NCBI RefSeq assembly: GCF_001447785.1
Contig: NW_015172560.1
Location: 371,240-435,239 of the forward strand
Direction of reading: 5' to 3'
Source: Gekko japonicus
Lineage: Eukaryota
DNA length: 64,000 nt
The notes below the pieces were generated by a model. It made no database searches, had not been told where the DNA came from, and saw nothing but the letters and a program-made list of their open reading frames with translations. The translations under genes were made by a program, and so were the position numbers. Positions 1 through 12,249 of the stretch are shown here, one piece after another. Within the stretch, counting starts at the first letter, position 1. Every line of letters starts with the position of its first letter.

Positions 1-49
1 TTTGATTCCTAGCTGCATTTCCCTATCTGATATGATGTTTAAACTCAGA

Positions 50-900
50 AAAGTATTATTTATGTTAATATATTTATTTATAATATTTATATCCCATTCT
101 TCTACTTAAAAAGCACCAAGGGCAGTTTATAATAAATAAAAAAAACTAAGAACATTTGCCTAAAAATAAAACTAGATAAATCATAAAACAAAACAGCAGT
201 TAAAAGGAACACTAGTCTCAACTGAGCTAACTGAAAACATTAAAAAGCAGAAATTGCATACACTCAAAAACCCTTCCCCAAATAAACCAGATTTTTGGTC
301 CTCATATATGGAAGAAAAATGTTTTTATTGATATCCCCCACGATAGTGGGGAAGAGTGGTATACAAATCAAATAAATAAATATTCAGAAGGTCATCTATG
401 ATGTACTCTGGAAGAAGATATTCCAGAGCATATGGGCCCTGTCCAATGTGCCCACCTGTCTCATCTGCTGCAGAACTGACAAGCAGAGAAGATCTAAAGG
501 TATGGAAAGGGTTATGTTGGTATTAGTTTTAGTTTCTGAATGGACTTCAAGGGCAGCCCCATTTAAAGCATGTTACAGTATTCTAATCTCAGTGTTACCA
601 AATCTGTGTGACCAAGACCAAGTCAGCCATTTCTAGGAATGAGTTGGAAAAAATACTCTTCTGGCTACCATTACTATTTTTCAAGCAACTGGGCAGAATC
701 CAGGGGCAACCCCAAGCTGTATACCTGCTTTTTAAAAATAGTATTGCTAAATATCACTTCCATCCTCCAGAATTAAGCCTCAGATTGCTCACATTCAGCC
801 CTTCACCATCCATAGACTGGTTGCATTGCCTCCTTGGGTTAGATGGAAAGAGGAAAGAATGCTGTGTGCCAATATACAAATAGCACTATAGTCCAAATCT
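50..900 (-). mobile_element. Highly degraded L2-like LINE remnant
   Basis: (TTTA)n-like tail followed by tatcccattc...caagggcagttta near 70-130, and decayed RT-region-like sequence near 570-620; boundaries approximate. Confidence 0.4.
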
Positions 901-1524
901 CCATTATACTTGAAATACGTCCATAACATTTAGAACATTGCATGACATTTTATCCACCTGACCACCAAATGACTCCTGAGAATACTTTCCTGCTGTTACA
1001 TAGCTAGAACTGGCTCAGTGTATGGAGTTCATGTTGTTTCAGGCACCTAAAAACATTGGAAAAGTTCCCAAGTACAACATTTCAAACAAAGTTCTGTAGA
1101 TAGTCAGGTTTTTCTAGTTATATTCCAAACAAAGGTTAAAGAAATACTTGCCATCTAAAAAGCTTTTGAAAACAACTCTTGTGACAGTGCTGGTACAGCA
1201 CTATGTGCCTTGTGCTACCATATATGTTAGATCTCTCCTTCCCACATTAAAAATTGGGGTAGCTGTTGAGCAGATGTTTAGGTTAGGTTATAAAAGTGCA
1301 TTTCATTGTAAGAGGTGAATTCTAAATCTGGTGTTTAATTCTTTGTTTCAGGTTTATAGTGCAATACATATGCCAGTCATCAATATTTTATTTCAGATAT
1401 TGCTGTACAAAGTATTTTGCATTCTCCCCTTCCCTTCACATCTGAAAGCCAGAACTGCTGTCCATCCTTAAAACTGATAATCATGCCCTAGCCACGAAGA
1501 CTGCATTTCATGCTGATATCACAG

Positions 1525-1800
1525 TTATTCTCTCTTGCTCTAGAGGGCAGGGCTAGAAGTCAATGGGTAGAAACTGCAAGGAAGTAGATTTGGGGCTAAA
1601 TATCAGGGGGGAAAACTTTGTAACAGTAAGAGCTATTCAATAGTGGAACAGGCTACCTTGGAAAGTGGTATAAAACCTCTGTCACTCTAGATCAAGTTCA
1701 GCCTGGATAACCATTTGTCAGGGTTACCATAATTGCATTTTCCTGCACTGAGCAGGTGGTTGGACTACATGGCTTACAAGGTCCTTTCCAACACCAACTA
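1525..1800 (+). mobile_element. CR1 LINE 3' fragment
   Basis: Typical CR1 3' motifs (aatgggtagaaactgcaaggaagtagattt, tggaacaggctacc, ggttggacta...ggtcctttccaac). Confidence 0.75.
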
Positions 1801-2461
1801 TATCTCAGTTTCAGAACAATGATCATGTTACAAACCAATAATCAGAGACTTACAGAGATTGCCAAATAGATGAGTTAAACAAGAGGTCTGTTTCTTCAGC
1901 TCACTATGTTTTCCTGCTCAATCTTGACTCTACGCAGATAAATAAGCAATTGTAACTGTTTTCTATTCCTAATACTCCATTTGAATAACTGTTAATTTTA
2001 GTCAGTAGGCATTTGAGGAGCTGCATTTCCCCATTGATATTTAGTTGATGTTGACTAGTGAGTGACCTCATAGAAAGGAGTGAGAATAGATAAAAGGATA
2101 TCAATCGTTAAGGCAGTAGTTTGTACATGCCAAATCTAATACACCCTCTGAAATAAAATCAATTCTTATAACACCATTCATGACAGCCTGGGCCTCAGTG
2201 AACAAGTAATTTCTGATAGTTTTGGATAGGTTACCCAATGATAAATAGAACGAGAGAACAGCAACAGCGACAGAACATGTTCATGGGCTTTATATTAGCA
2301 GACCTGCTGAGATACATTTGGTTTGTGCATACTTTTTCCCAGGGAAGGATTAGAAGGCATATTGTACTATAACTTTGTTGAAATAGAATGTATTTGAACA
2401 TCATTGCATATAAATACAAATGGCTGGTGAGCCAGCTGTGGCCCTTCCAGGGTGGGAAAGA

Positions 2462-2690
2462 CCTTGCCACTGTGATGTATGCCCTGGTAACACCAAGACT
2501 GGATTACTGCAATACACTGTATGTGTACTGAAGACTGTCTGGAAGCTGCAGTTGGTGCAGAATGCTGTGACCAGAATGTTGACCGGAGTGGGTCATAAAG
2601 ACTACATCACTCCAATCCTTGCCCATCTACACTAGCTCCCAATTCACTTCTGGGCCCAATCCAAGGTGCTGGCATCGACTTTTAAAGCTG
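2462..2690 (+). mobile_element. L2 LINE ORF2 fragment
   Basis: Encodes RLDYCN and KLQLVQNAVTRMLTG...ITPILAHLH, characteristic L2 C-terminal motifs; frameshifted. Confidence 0.8.
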
Positions 2691-5146
2691 AGGTTATATA
2701 TAGCATTCTGATCCCATAGAGCCCTGAGTCTGTTATTGGCAGCCAGCAGTGCCTGTTAAGCTTTGGAGGGCCACCATTGGTGTTTCCAAGGCTGGAGAAT
2801 TCCACCCCCTGTTGCTTTGAAGTTTTGTAAACATTTTAATTGAGTGGAGATAATCTGTCTAGAAATGTATCCATTTACGAACTGCCACAAACAGCTTGAA
2901 AGTTTGTGGAATGATTATGCTATTCACCTTTCCACAAACTTTGCTTCATGAACCACAAACCAGCCAAAATTCATGACGAACTTTAGTTTGTGAGCCGGTT
3001 CCTGCTCACCCTAACAGCCACTGTTATCCTCTATGTAAACTACGTTCACAGTCTTTTGTAAACAAAAGAAAAGATTGCTGCTAATGCAATGAAAACAGAT
3101 TCTTTTGTAACTCTTCTGTAGTCTTGCCCCAGGGATGCTTAATTTTTGACAGTATGGCTTCTTGGTCATGTTTAGGAATCATGGTTGGAAAAACCCAGAG
3201 CCAATAGATTTTTCTCCCATTGTGAACAATACTCTTCTCAGTTTCACTGAAAAGAGTTCCTTCTTTGATAATGTCATACCTGTCAGTGTCATAATTGTTC
3301 CTGATCATGAGCCTGTTAATCAGCTCAAAGCATATCAATGGCAAAACCCAGTAAATCAGAACATGCTGCTGTCTTAACTGTGTTTGCCAAAAGATTTTTC
3401 TGAAACAACACTGCTGCAGTCATTATGACAACAGAGCAGGGCAACTGATGCATTTCTAAGATTCTTCTGTACAGAAACCAATTTACCAGCTTTGATCTTG
3501 AATAAAACAGTCTTAAATGGAAATGTGTTTGACTAGATCGTGCTTTTTAAAAAGTAAATCTTTAGTTCCCCCTGAATGATTATTAATCACAAATCTATCT
3601 TCCCAGTTTGTTTATCTTGCATGCTCTAGCCAAACACAAAGAAAATTAAGGACTTATGTTTCACTGCAAGGTAGAAATATGTGTTCATTATCCATTATGT
3701 ATATATTATATTTCTTTAAAACCAAAGAATAATAAAAGGAAAACAAACACAAATGGGTGTAAGCAAGCAATTAGATTGGCCATTAGTATGTCTGTTCTGC
3801 CAACGTAGAGTGGCTGGATGACAAAGAGAGTCTCATTCTCTTTTTCTCCTTCTGCTAAACTACAGAATTACAAACTCTTGAGGTTTTTGCATACATGTGT
3901 TTTGCTCACAGTGGCTCCACATCTACTTCTAATGCTACATCAACAGCTATTGGTTCTTAAATGTGCATTTTAATTTTTTTTAAATGTAAGCACCAGGAGG
4001 ATGGTATGATTACTAGGTTTTGAGAGACCCAGGTTGAAGTCCCTACTATGCTATGGAAGCTGTGTGGATGATAGTGGTTATTCTCATGTACACATTTTAA
4101 TATAATTTGTGATACTGGCATACTTCCTGGATGTACTACAATAGATCTAATTAAGTAGTGTACATTCCAGTTTGACAGAATCCCAAATTTCAAACAAAAT
4201 TCTGGTTTAGGACAAATTAACATAACCCTAATACTATTCTCCGGGCGCGATCACAGCGCCACATCTGGGAAGCGTAGAGCTCCCATGGTGAACCCAAGGC
4301 TTCCCGCCGAAGATGCGGGGTGAAAACTAGTACTTCCGAGGTACTAGTTTCCGGAAACCGTGGGGCAAGGGCGGGCATCTGATCGCATTTCCGGTGGTAG
4401 TTCCGGTGCCCGCCCATGTCCCCTCGCAAAAAGGTTTTTTCTCCCCCAAGTCTCCATGGATGCGCACAAGCACCCAACGGAGCATGCACACACTTCAGTT
4501 AAACAAATGAACAAACCTCGACCAATTGTCAGGCTGCATTGCCTGTGTCCATGTTGTGTTCAGAGCTGGGTGCTCTTCACATACTGATAGGAGGCCGGCG
4601 GGTGGAAATGGACATGGATGGCTAGGTGGGCGGAGCAAAGAGGATTGTTGAATGTGCCGCGGAACACGTTCCTGCTGCGGTTCCAGCCGCTGTCTCATCC
4701 TCATTGCAGAAGCCCTCCTCTCAGACACAGTTGCATCCTGGGATTTTGTGAGTGACAGACCCCCCTGCCCCCTGAAATCGACTGCGTGTTCTGAGGCAGG
4801 CAGCGAAAGGGAACGTGCCTATCTGCACATATTGCCCCACAGCCCCACTTCTTTGCCGCGCCGCAGGATTGTCCTGTGATCGGCACCTCCCCCCTAACCA
4901 CAGGACCGCTACAGGACATCCACAGGACGTCTGATTGCGTAACTGCGCATTATTTTGCCCTGGGGCGAACAGCCACGCTCCCCCCCCCCGCATTTTCTGG
5001 CCCGTGTGACTGGGGCCTCTGTTTTGCAGATGAAAACAGGCACACTTGTATATGTGCTCTCTGCATGTACACACTGGTTTCCGTGTGCATGTATCCCTTT
5101 CTTTTAAAAATATGCTTCGTTGATCTCATTTGTGCAGTTGTATGAA

Positions 5147-5340
5147 GACCTGAATAGCCCAGACTAGCCTGATCTTATAAGATCTCATAAGCTAAGTAGG
5201 GTCAGCTTGGATAGGAGACCAGATAGGGTGTATATGAAAAGGCAGGCAGGCAATGGCAAACTATCGCTAAACATCTCTTGACTTGAAAACCCTCTGGGGT
5301 TGCTATAAATCACCTGTAACATGACAGCACAAAAACAAAA
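5147..5340 (+). mobile_element. 5S rRNA-derived SINE (SINE3 class), degraded
   Basis: cctgatct...gatctcataagctaagtagggtc...ggataggagacc resembles 5S rRNA; A-rich tail. Confidence 0.7.
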
Positions 5341-5349
5341 AGAAGAGCA

Positions 5350-5775
5350 TCTATTATGTTTTTATTCTGCCTTTACTTCAACGGGTTCAAGGAAAATGTA
5401 CACAGTTGTCCTCCTCCATTTTATCCTCACCGCAATCCTATGAGGTAAATTAAGCTGGACTGGAAAAGACCGCCCACAGAAAGACCACAATAACGAAGTC
5501 TCCGCTTCAGGGTGCCTGTTAGGTTAGTCACTTCCCACATTGTACATGTGTGTGTCCTTAGGTAGGAATTGTATCAAATGTATAATGTAAACCGCTCAGA
5601 GCCCTTAGGGGGTGAGCGGTATATAAATCGAAGGAAATAAATAAATAAATAATAAGCTGAGACAATGTGACTGGCCCAAGGTCATCCAGTGAGCTTCCAT
5701 GGCGAAGTGAGGTTTTGAAGCTGGGTCTCCCAGATCTTAGTCCAGCAATCTAACCACCACTACACTATACTGGCT
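5350..5775 (-). mobile_element. MIR/Ther1-Squam3-like tRNA SINE interrupted by an L2 tail
   Basis: ccattttatcctcac...tgaggta / tgtgactggcccaaggtcatccagtgagcttccatgg...taaccaccactacac. Confidence 0.7.
5458..5652 (+). mobile_element. L2-family 3' end inserted into the SINE
   Basis: tgtaaaccgctcagag...gagcggtatataaat plus (AAAT)n tail; TSD taagctg at 5451-5457 and 5653-5659. Confidence 0.7.
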
Positions 5776-6413
5776 GGGACACCCCATTAAGAATCTTCTG
5801 AAATGTAACTTCAAGCCTACTCTCAACAATGGGCACACTTAAACATCACAAGTGTATTTTTAAGTATACATAATTCATGAATGAAAGGCTAGTGCATCAC
5901 AGAATTATTGTAAGTCACTGCAGTTCTGGAATGCCTTATTCGATTGTTACAACCTTAACTTTCCAAAAGAACTATGTTGGAGGAAAGGAAAGAATAAAAT
6001 GCCCTTATGACATCTGTTCTCATGTAATGCCATGCTTGCACATGGGGTTTCACATGTGTCACTGTGCCCTCTATTAGCACAATCTAGTTATCTGAATTGT
6101 GTAGATAAAGCAACAGTTAGTTGGGTTGTTTGTATCTGTAGACATTGCATATAAATATTTTTCTTATCAGTGAAACATCTGCTTGTCTCATTTTAGGTGC
6201 TAAATGAGCATTCAGCTCATTTTCTGTGCAGCATATAAGAGCTGAATTTTAAATTAGTAATGTGGATACTGCAGCCATTTATCATGGCTTTCCATGTAAT
6301 TGCAAAGACAATGATATGCAAAATAATGTCTGACTTTTTTAAAAAAAGATCTCTTTCTATGGTAGTGATAGTAGTTTCTAGTGATAGTTTACATATTGAT
6401 AGTAGGTTATAGC

Positions 6414-6619
6414 CAACGTTCCCTCTAAGCTGTGGAGTCTTGTGAGCAAAAATTCTACTTTGTGAGCGACTGGCATTAAAGTTGTGAGTGAGTGATTTGG
6501 CTGCTGCATAAATTAGTTCGCTCTGGAGTCCTCCTTCCTGAGCTAAGACAAAATTGTTTGAGCTGGAGGCTAAAAAACTGTGAGCTAGCTCACACTAACT
6601 CAGCTTAGAGGGAACACTA
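6414..6619. mobile_element. hAT-type MITE
   Basis: TIRs caacgttccctctaagctg / cagcttagagggaacacta; 8-bp TSD gttatagc at 6406-6413 and 6620-6627. Confidence 0.85.
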
Positions 6620-7899
6620 GTTATAGCAGTGGTTTATATTCTCTCTATGCTTCATCTGGCGTGTTTTGAAATATACACCACAGTGGTATACAAGACATCT
6701 TGCATAAAGTATCATTTTATGTTCAAGGTTCTTATATGAAGCTTGTGTAATTAAGATTAAGGTAAAGCTTTTTCAGCAGACTTCAGTTAAAGGTAGAATT
6801 TTTGGAATATCAAGCTCAGAGAGAAGGTGGTACAAAACCAAACTGAAAATAAAAGGGAACTAGAAAATCAAAAGGGCCCTCTTACCTTGCAACTTCAGAA
6901 CAGTGGGACAGGATCAAAGATAGGTGATGAAGCCAAGCCAGATGCAATGATAAATTGAAGAAGTGGCCATCTGGTATCAAGAAGAGTTGAGCAGGGCGAG
7001 GCACAAAAACACTGTGAATGTTTTTGGCTTTGTGAATGTTTTTGATGAGGGACAAAATTCAGAAGAAGAAAAATGGACCTGGCATACGTGACAATTCAGG
7101 TGTTTTGCACTGCTGACTTACAGTAATTCTTTTCCTTTACAATATAAATGTAAATCCTACATGTGCCAGTATTCTCATTTGTGTTATAAATGACTTTTCG
7201 CCCCCTATGAGTGACAGCTGCCTTGAATCAAGAGGAAAGGCGGGGTACAAATATTTCAATAAAATTAGATAAATGGGATTTGTATGTTACCTTAAATAGC
7301 ATGAGAGAAGCTGAAAAGGCAATGTGTGAAAATGCTGAACAATAGTCATAGTTTGCATCCGGAGATTATTTTTGAAAAGGCTGATTTAAGCATCATGCGT
7401 GAAACCAACTGTAACGGCTCCTCATACTTGCGCACTTGGGTGCATTCCTACTGATAGCAAAGAATGGGAGGGTGGCTATGCTTGCAGGCCATGAGTCAAA
7501 GCTAATACAAGCAGTTGGAACTGGGTGCAGACCCCCCACGTCTAGACCTGCACACACAAGTGAATACATGTTGACTCTGACCCAGACATCTGCCCTGTAG
7601 ATCTGCAGTGCTGTGACTATTGTGACCTCAAGTGCAGAAATCCTGGGAAGGTATCGTTTATTACCCACATCTCTGGGTATAATAAGATGATATGATTCAG
7701 GTGAGCCCAATTTCTCAAGTATAAGGGATAGTTACATTTAGGGTGAGCTCAGTTCAGTAGGATGTGGAACGACTGTAGCCTTGGTATTGTCACAGTAGCA
7801 CTGGAGCAGTGGCACAATTTTGCAGCATTCCCCTCTCTTCTTTAGTGGAATCCGAGGTGGTGGTTTCTGGTGCAACGTTTGCAATTGGCAGTTTTAAAA

Positions 7900-9900
7900 A
7901 AAGTAAAAAACCCGGCGGGATCCTAGCTTCTTCCCTCGGGGTTTGACATTCACACACACACAAACACCCCGCGCCGCGCAAACGATCCCATTGGGTGACT
8001 CTGCTTTGCCTGCCTCCGATCGCTTCTCTTCCTTTATGCCCCCTCTGGGCAGACATTCGAGGCTTGAGCTCCCTGGCGAGCCCCACGAGGCTCTCTGGAG
8101 CTGGCACACTCGGCTCCTTAGTGACAGCAGTTGTTGCTCTATTTCAGAACGAGGGTGGAAAGAAAGGGAAAGTGGGTGTGTGAACAGCTGAAGGGTTTGT
8201 TGCTCATAGGGGATGGCGGCGGAGACGGCTTTTGGCTCCTGGGCGCTGCCACCACCGCCGCCGTCGCCGCCTTTGGCACTGCAGTTCGACAAGGAGAGCA
8301 GCCGAAGTGCAAAATTCGGGGTGGGGGGGCAGGGAAGGGAGGCGGGGCTAAGCCAGAAGGGCTGCAGATCGCCGCGCACGTTACTCCCCCCCCCCTTCTC
8401 GCACCCCCGTCTCTTCTTCTGCTGCCTCCTCCTAAGTAAAATGCAGCGAAAGGAAAAATTCGGGGGTTGGGGGGGGGGCAGGGAAGGGAGGCGGGGCTAA
8501 GCCAGAAGGGCTGCAGATCGCCGCGCACGTTAGTCCCCCCCCTCTCGCACCCCCGTCTCTTCTTCTGCTGCCTCCTCCTAAGTAAAACGCGCAAGCAGCC
8601 TGGCTAATCCTCGCTTCCCACGAGCATGAGGAGGATTTGGGGGGTTTTGTCTTGGGAGCTCCGTTGCCGGCGTAGCAGGCTAAGAAGCTGAGCAAGGAGG
8701 ATTCTTACGCACGAGCTGGGAAGGGTGGGCAAAGGACACTCCAGAGAGCCTGCCAAGGAAACGTCGCCGCTGTGGCTCAGCGCCCCCCGGGCAGCGGCAA
8801 AGGCGCCAAGAGGCGCACGGGCGGAGGAGCAGCGGCTGCGCCCCCAGCTTGGGAAAGGCAGGGCTGGGGACTGAAGCAGCGCGCGCACACACGCGCACGC
8901 GTTCCCCTCGCCAGGGGCTAGCACGCCGCACACCCACAGAGCGGCAGCCCTTCCAGGCAAACACAGCCAGGCAGCTGCCGCCCGCGGAAGACGCCAGGCG
9001 ACTGGCCGCTTCGCCGTTCGCCTACCTCCACCTCGCCCAGGCGCTTCCCGGGCAGCCGAGGCGGGGAAGGGACTCGGTGGGCACGCGGAGAGGTCCGGGC
9101 GGGAGCTGGCGAGGAGGAGGGCTGCCGAGCGATGCCTTTGCGGCGGGTCCGGGCGGGAGCGCTGAGGCGAGGCGGGAAAAACGGCGCCAAAGAGCGACGG
9201 CCCGTCTGACCGACTGCAGGCGGCTTCGCGCCCACCCAGCCGCTCTCGCCCTCGCCCCCGCGCTCCCCTCTCCCTCAACTTCCCGGAGTGGCTGAAGACG
9301 CCGCGAGACCGAGCTGCAGTACGGAGCAGCGAGGCAAAAGCGACAATGGGACCTCTCTGCAGCAGGGGCGCCTGGTGTTGAGCGGGGAGGGGGGAGAGTC
9401 CGAAGAGAGCCCTGTCCCCCCCCCCCTTTCACCCAGCAGCAGGTCGGTGACGCTGGCTAGCCCCTCCGTAGTATGTCTGCACTCCGAAGGAAATTTGGGG
9501 ACGATTACCAGGTCGTGACCACCTCGTCCAGCGGCTCGGGCTTCCACCCCCAGCAGCAGGCGTCAGCCCACAAGAAAAAGCGCCAGCGGTTCGTGGACAA
9601 GAATGGCAGGTGCAACGTGCAGCACGGCAACTTGGGCAGCGAGACCAGCCGCTACCTGTCAGACCTGTTCACCACCTTGGTGGATCTCAAGTGGCGCTGG
9701 AACCTCTTCATCTTCATCCTCACCTACACCGTGGCCTGGCTCTTTATGGCCTCCATGTGGTGGGTCATTGCCTACATACGGGGTGACCTGAACAGATCCC
9801 ACGACGATGAGTATACTCCCTGCGTGGCCAATGTCTACAACTTCCCCTCTGCCTTCCTGTTCTTCATAGAGACAGAGGCTACCATTGGTTATGGCTACCG
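7900..9900 (+). promoter_or_regulatory. KCNJ3: CpG island: KCNJ3 promoter, 5' UTR and start of exon 1
   Basis: Very GC- and CpG-rich compared with the CpG-depleted background; several GC boxes (GGGAGGCGGGG, GGGCGGG); overlaps the start codon. TSS not determinable from sequence. Confidence 0.85.
8311..8590 (+). repeat. Near-identical ~135-bp tandem duplication in the promoter
   Basis: aaaattcgggg...cctaagtaaaa at ~8311-8441 and ~8455-8587; differences mostly in homopolymer lengths. Confidence 0.9.
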
Positions 9901-10156
9901 GTACATTACGGACAAATGTCCGGAGGGCATCATCCTCTTCCTGTTCCAGTCCATCCTGGGCTCCATTGTGGATGCATTTCTCATTGGCTGTATGTTCATC
10001 AAGATGTCACAACCTAAGAAACGGGCAGAGACGTTGATGTTCAGTGAACATGCTGCTATCTCCATGAGGGATGGCAAACTCACGCTCATGTTCAGGGTGG
10101 GCAACCTCCGCAACAGCCACATGGTCTCTGCACAGATCCGCTGCAAACTCCTCAAA
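9473..10156 (+). CDS. KCNJ3: KCNJ3 (GIRK1/Kir3.1) coding exon 1, aa 1-228: N-terminus, M1, pore (TIGYG), M2, start of cytoplasmic domain
   Basis: [23 protein letters not shown]...[20 protein letters not shown]...[20 protein letters not shown]...QIRCKLLK matches vertebrate GIRK1; donor AAA/GTAAGT at 10157, phase 0. Confidence 0.98.
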
Positions 10157-11766
10157 GTAAGTTAGTTGAAGTTTTAGTCCTCTATGCTAATTGCATCTGC
10201 ACATTCCTCTAGGTTGTCTCTTTCTCTCAAAGTCATTTGTACCTGTCTCCTCTTTTTCCAGTCTACTCTTCACATCTCCCTCAACTCATTATCAGCCTGG
10301 TACCTTCCTTTGACTTTTCCCACTTCTAGTGCATTTGCTTGGGAATTTCCCATGAGTTCTTATCTGTGTATGTCTACTCCAGTTGTCTCCAGGGTACATA
10401 CCGGTAATTGCTATTCTGCTCTCCTTAGAAGGCTCAGGATGGATTATCTGATTTTTAAAATCCCAATTCCATTTTCTTTTCTCTTTATTCCATGTAAATA
10501 GCTTCTCAAACTAGGATTCAAGCTCTCTTCCAGACTTTTACATTTAGATTTTCTTCCCCCTCCCTGTTCTTTTTGTGCTGTCTGAAATATTTCACTAGGA
10601 CACATTGCCTCTTTTTTTATTCCTTAAACCCACTAAACCATCTGTTCCTATCTTTTTGTTATCAATTCCTACTGAAGACCAGTATATGCTTGTGTATTTG
10701 TAATAAAACGAATTGATTACATCTGGTGCTGCTAAAAGAACAAAATACTTTTCCAGACCAGTCCTTTGAACAAGTCATAACCCCTTCCCCCATACCATAA
10801 AGGTGTTTCTTTGAGTTCATTGGAGGCCTAACTTCAGGAGTGTGGCTTGTGTGCAGTGACGGTATCATTGACAGCTGTAACCTTTAAAAAATTAAAATAC
10901 CTAGTTATAGTACCATCGGCACTGTACATTGCTACGTAATGGTGACTATAGATTGTTTGTGCCCCCTTGTGCACAGTGTCCTAACCACCAGGGGCACCTT
11001 GAGGTCTTACATGCTCCTCCCTCCCTCCCTCTTTTGCACATGCATTCTCACTTTCCTTGGGAGTTTTACATCTAACTGGTTAATGTTGCCTCTGCTCTGG
11101 CACTTTCTGTTGACCATAACCAGCACCAAAGTGTAACTTGCTGCCATGGTTTGAAAACCGTGGTTTGGTCCAACTATGATGACAGTTAACATTGATGCAG
11201 ATGTAGCTGTTGGGGCAAAACATTAAGTCAGATGACAAAATAGAAGTTACTTTCTTGGAATTCCTGAGTATTATGCTTGAGGTTTGCAAGCCTTTCAACC
11301 TTGGTTTTTGAGGACGGTGGAGCTCAGTGGCTTCAGTGTAACATATATGCAGCATGCTATATATGAGTAGTTCCAAATGGGTTCAGGTGGGTTCACCCAT
11401 TGCTTTCACCATTGCTCACTAGTCATTACTAGTTAATACATTTTAGTTTGTTGCTGTGACCGCTAAGCATGATACAGCTTCATAGGGTGAAGACAGATGT
11501 AACATTCAGACCAAAAGTTAGCAATTTACATAACAGACTTAAGCCTATGAATGCTGGTTCAGCCAAGGTACCAGCAGTTAGAGCTCAAGAGCCTCTTCCA
11601 GTTCCCAGCTGATTACAGGATGAAAAAATGAAAAGTAAATTGTGAAGAAAGGAAGTTTGTAACTACAGCTGGCCTTGCCCAGGATGGTAGACATAACTGT
11701 GATAGACAATAGAAGCTGAAACCTGGCATTTCTCTCTCCCAGAGGACATACATATTCCAAATTTGT

Positions 11767-11996
11767 GTTTGGTATAGTGGTTAAGAGTAGCAAACTCTAC
11801 TCTGGAGAACTGGGTTTGATTCCCCACTCCTTCACATGAAGCCAGCTGGGTGACCTTGGGCCAGTCAAAGTTCTTTCAGAGCTCTCTCAGCCCCACCTAC
11901 CTCACAAGGTGCCTGTTCTGGGGAGAGGAAGGGAAGGCAATTGTAAGCCTCCTTCAGGTAGTGAAAAGCAGGGTATAAAAACCATCTCTTCTTCTT
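11767..11996 (+). mobile_element. Squam3-type tRNA-derived SINE
   Basis: gtttggtatagtggttaag A-box, gggtttgattcccc B-box, ctctcagccccacctacctcacaagg body, (CTT)n tail. Confidence 0.85.
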
Positions 11997-12217
11997 CTCT
12001 GGGAGAAAGAAATGCCAGGTCTCAATATCTGTTGTCTATCACAGTTAAGTCACAATAACATGCATGTTAGTTCTGCTTTTTTCAGTTTCTATTTAAAGAG
12101 GTAATTATTTTTGATCAGTAATTTGAAGTGGTAAAATAAATTACATGTGAGAGATCCTGGTTGATGTTTGTCTAGTCTTTAGAGGGCATCTCACCTACCA
12201 CATAGCAGACTTTTGTT

Positions 12218-12249
12218 GTTGTGGTTCAGTCGCATAGTTGAGTCCGACT
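12218..12249 (-). mobile_element. Extremely 5'-truncated BovB 3' end
   Basis: gttgtggttcagtcgcatagttgagtccgact matches the terminus of the BovB copy at 39235; TSD agacttttgtt at 12207-12217 and 12250-12260. Confidence 0.75.

Noticed and set aside
4240-5090. Second CpG island or promoter
   Set aside because: More likely GC-rich transposon-derived sequence; no associated exon, and termini could not be defined
7790-9547. Many overlapping 100-224-aa ORFs around the promoter
   Set aside because: Expected from stop-codon scarcity in a GC-rich CpG island; low complexity, no domains
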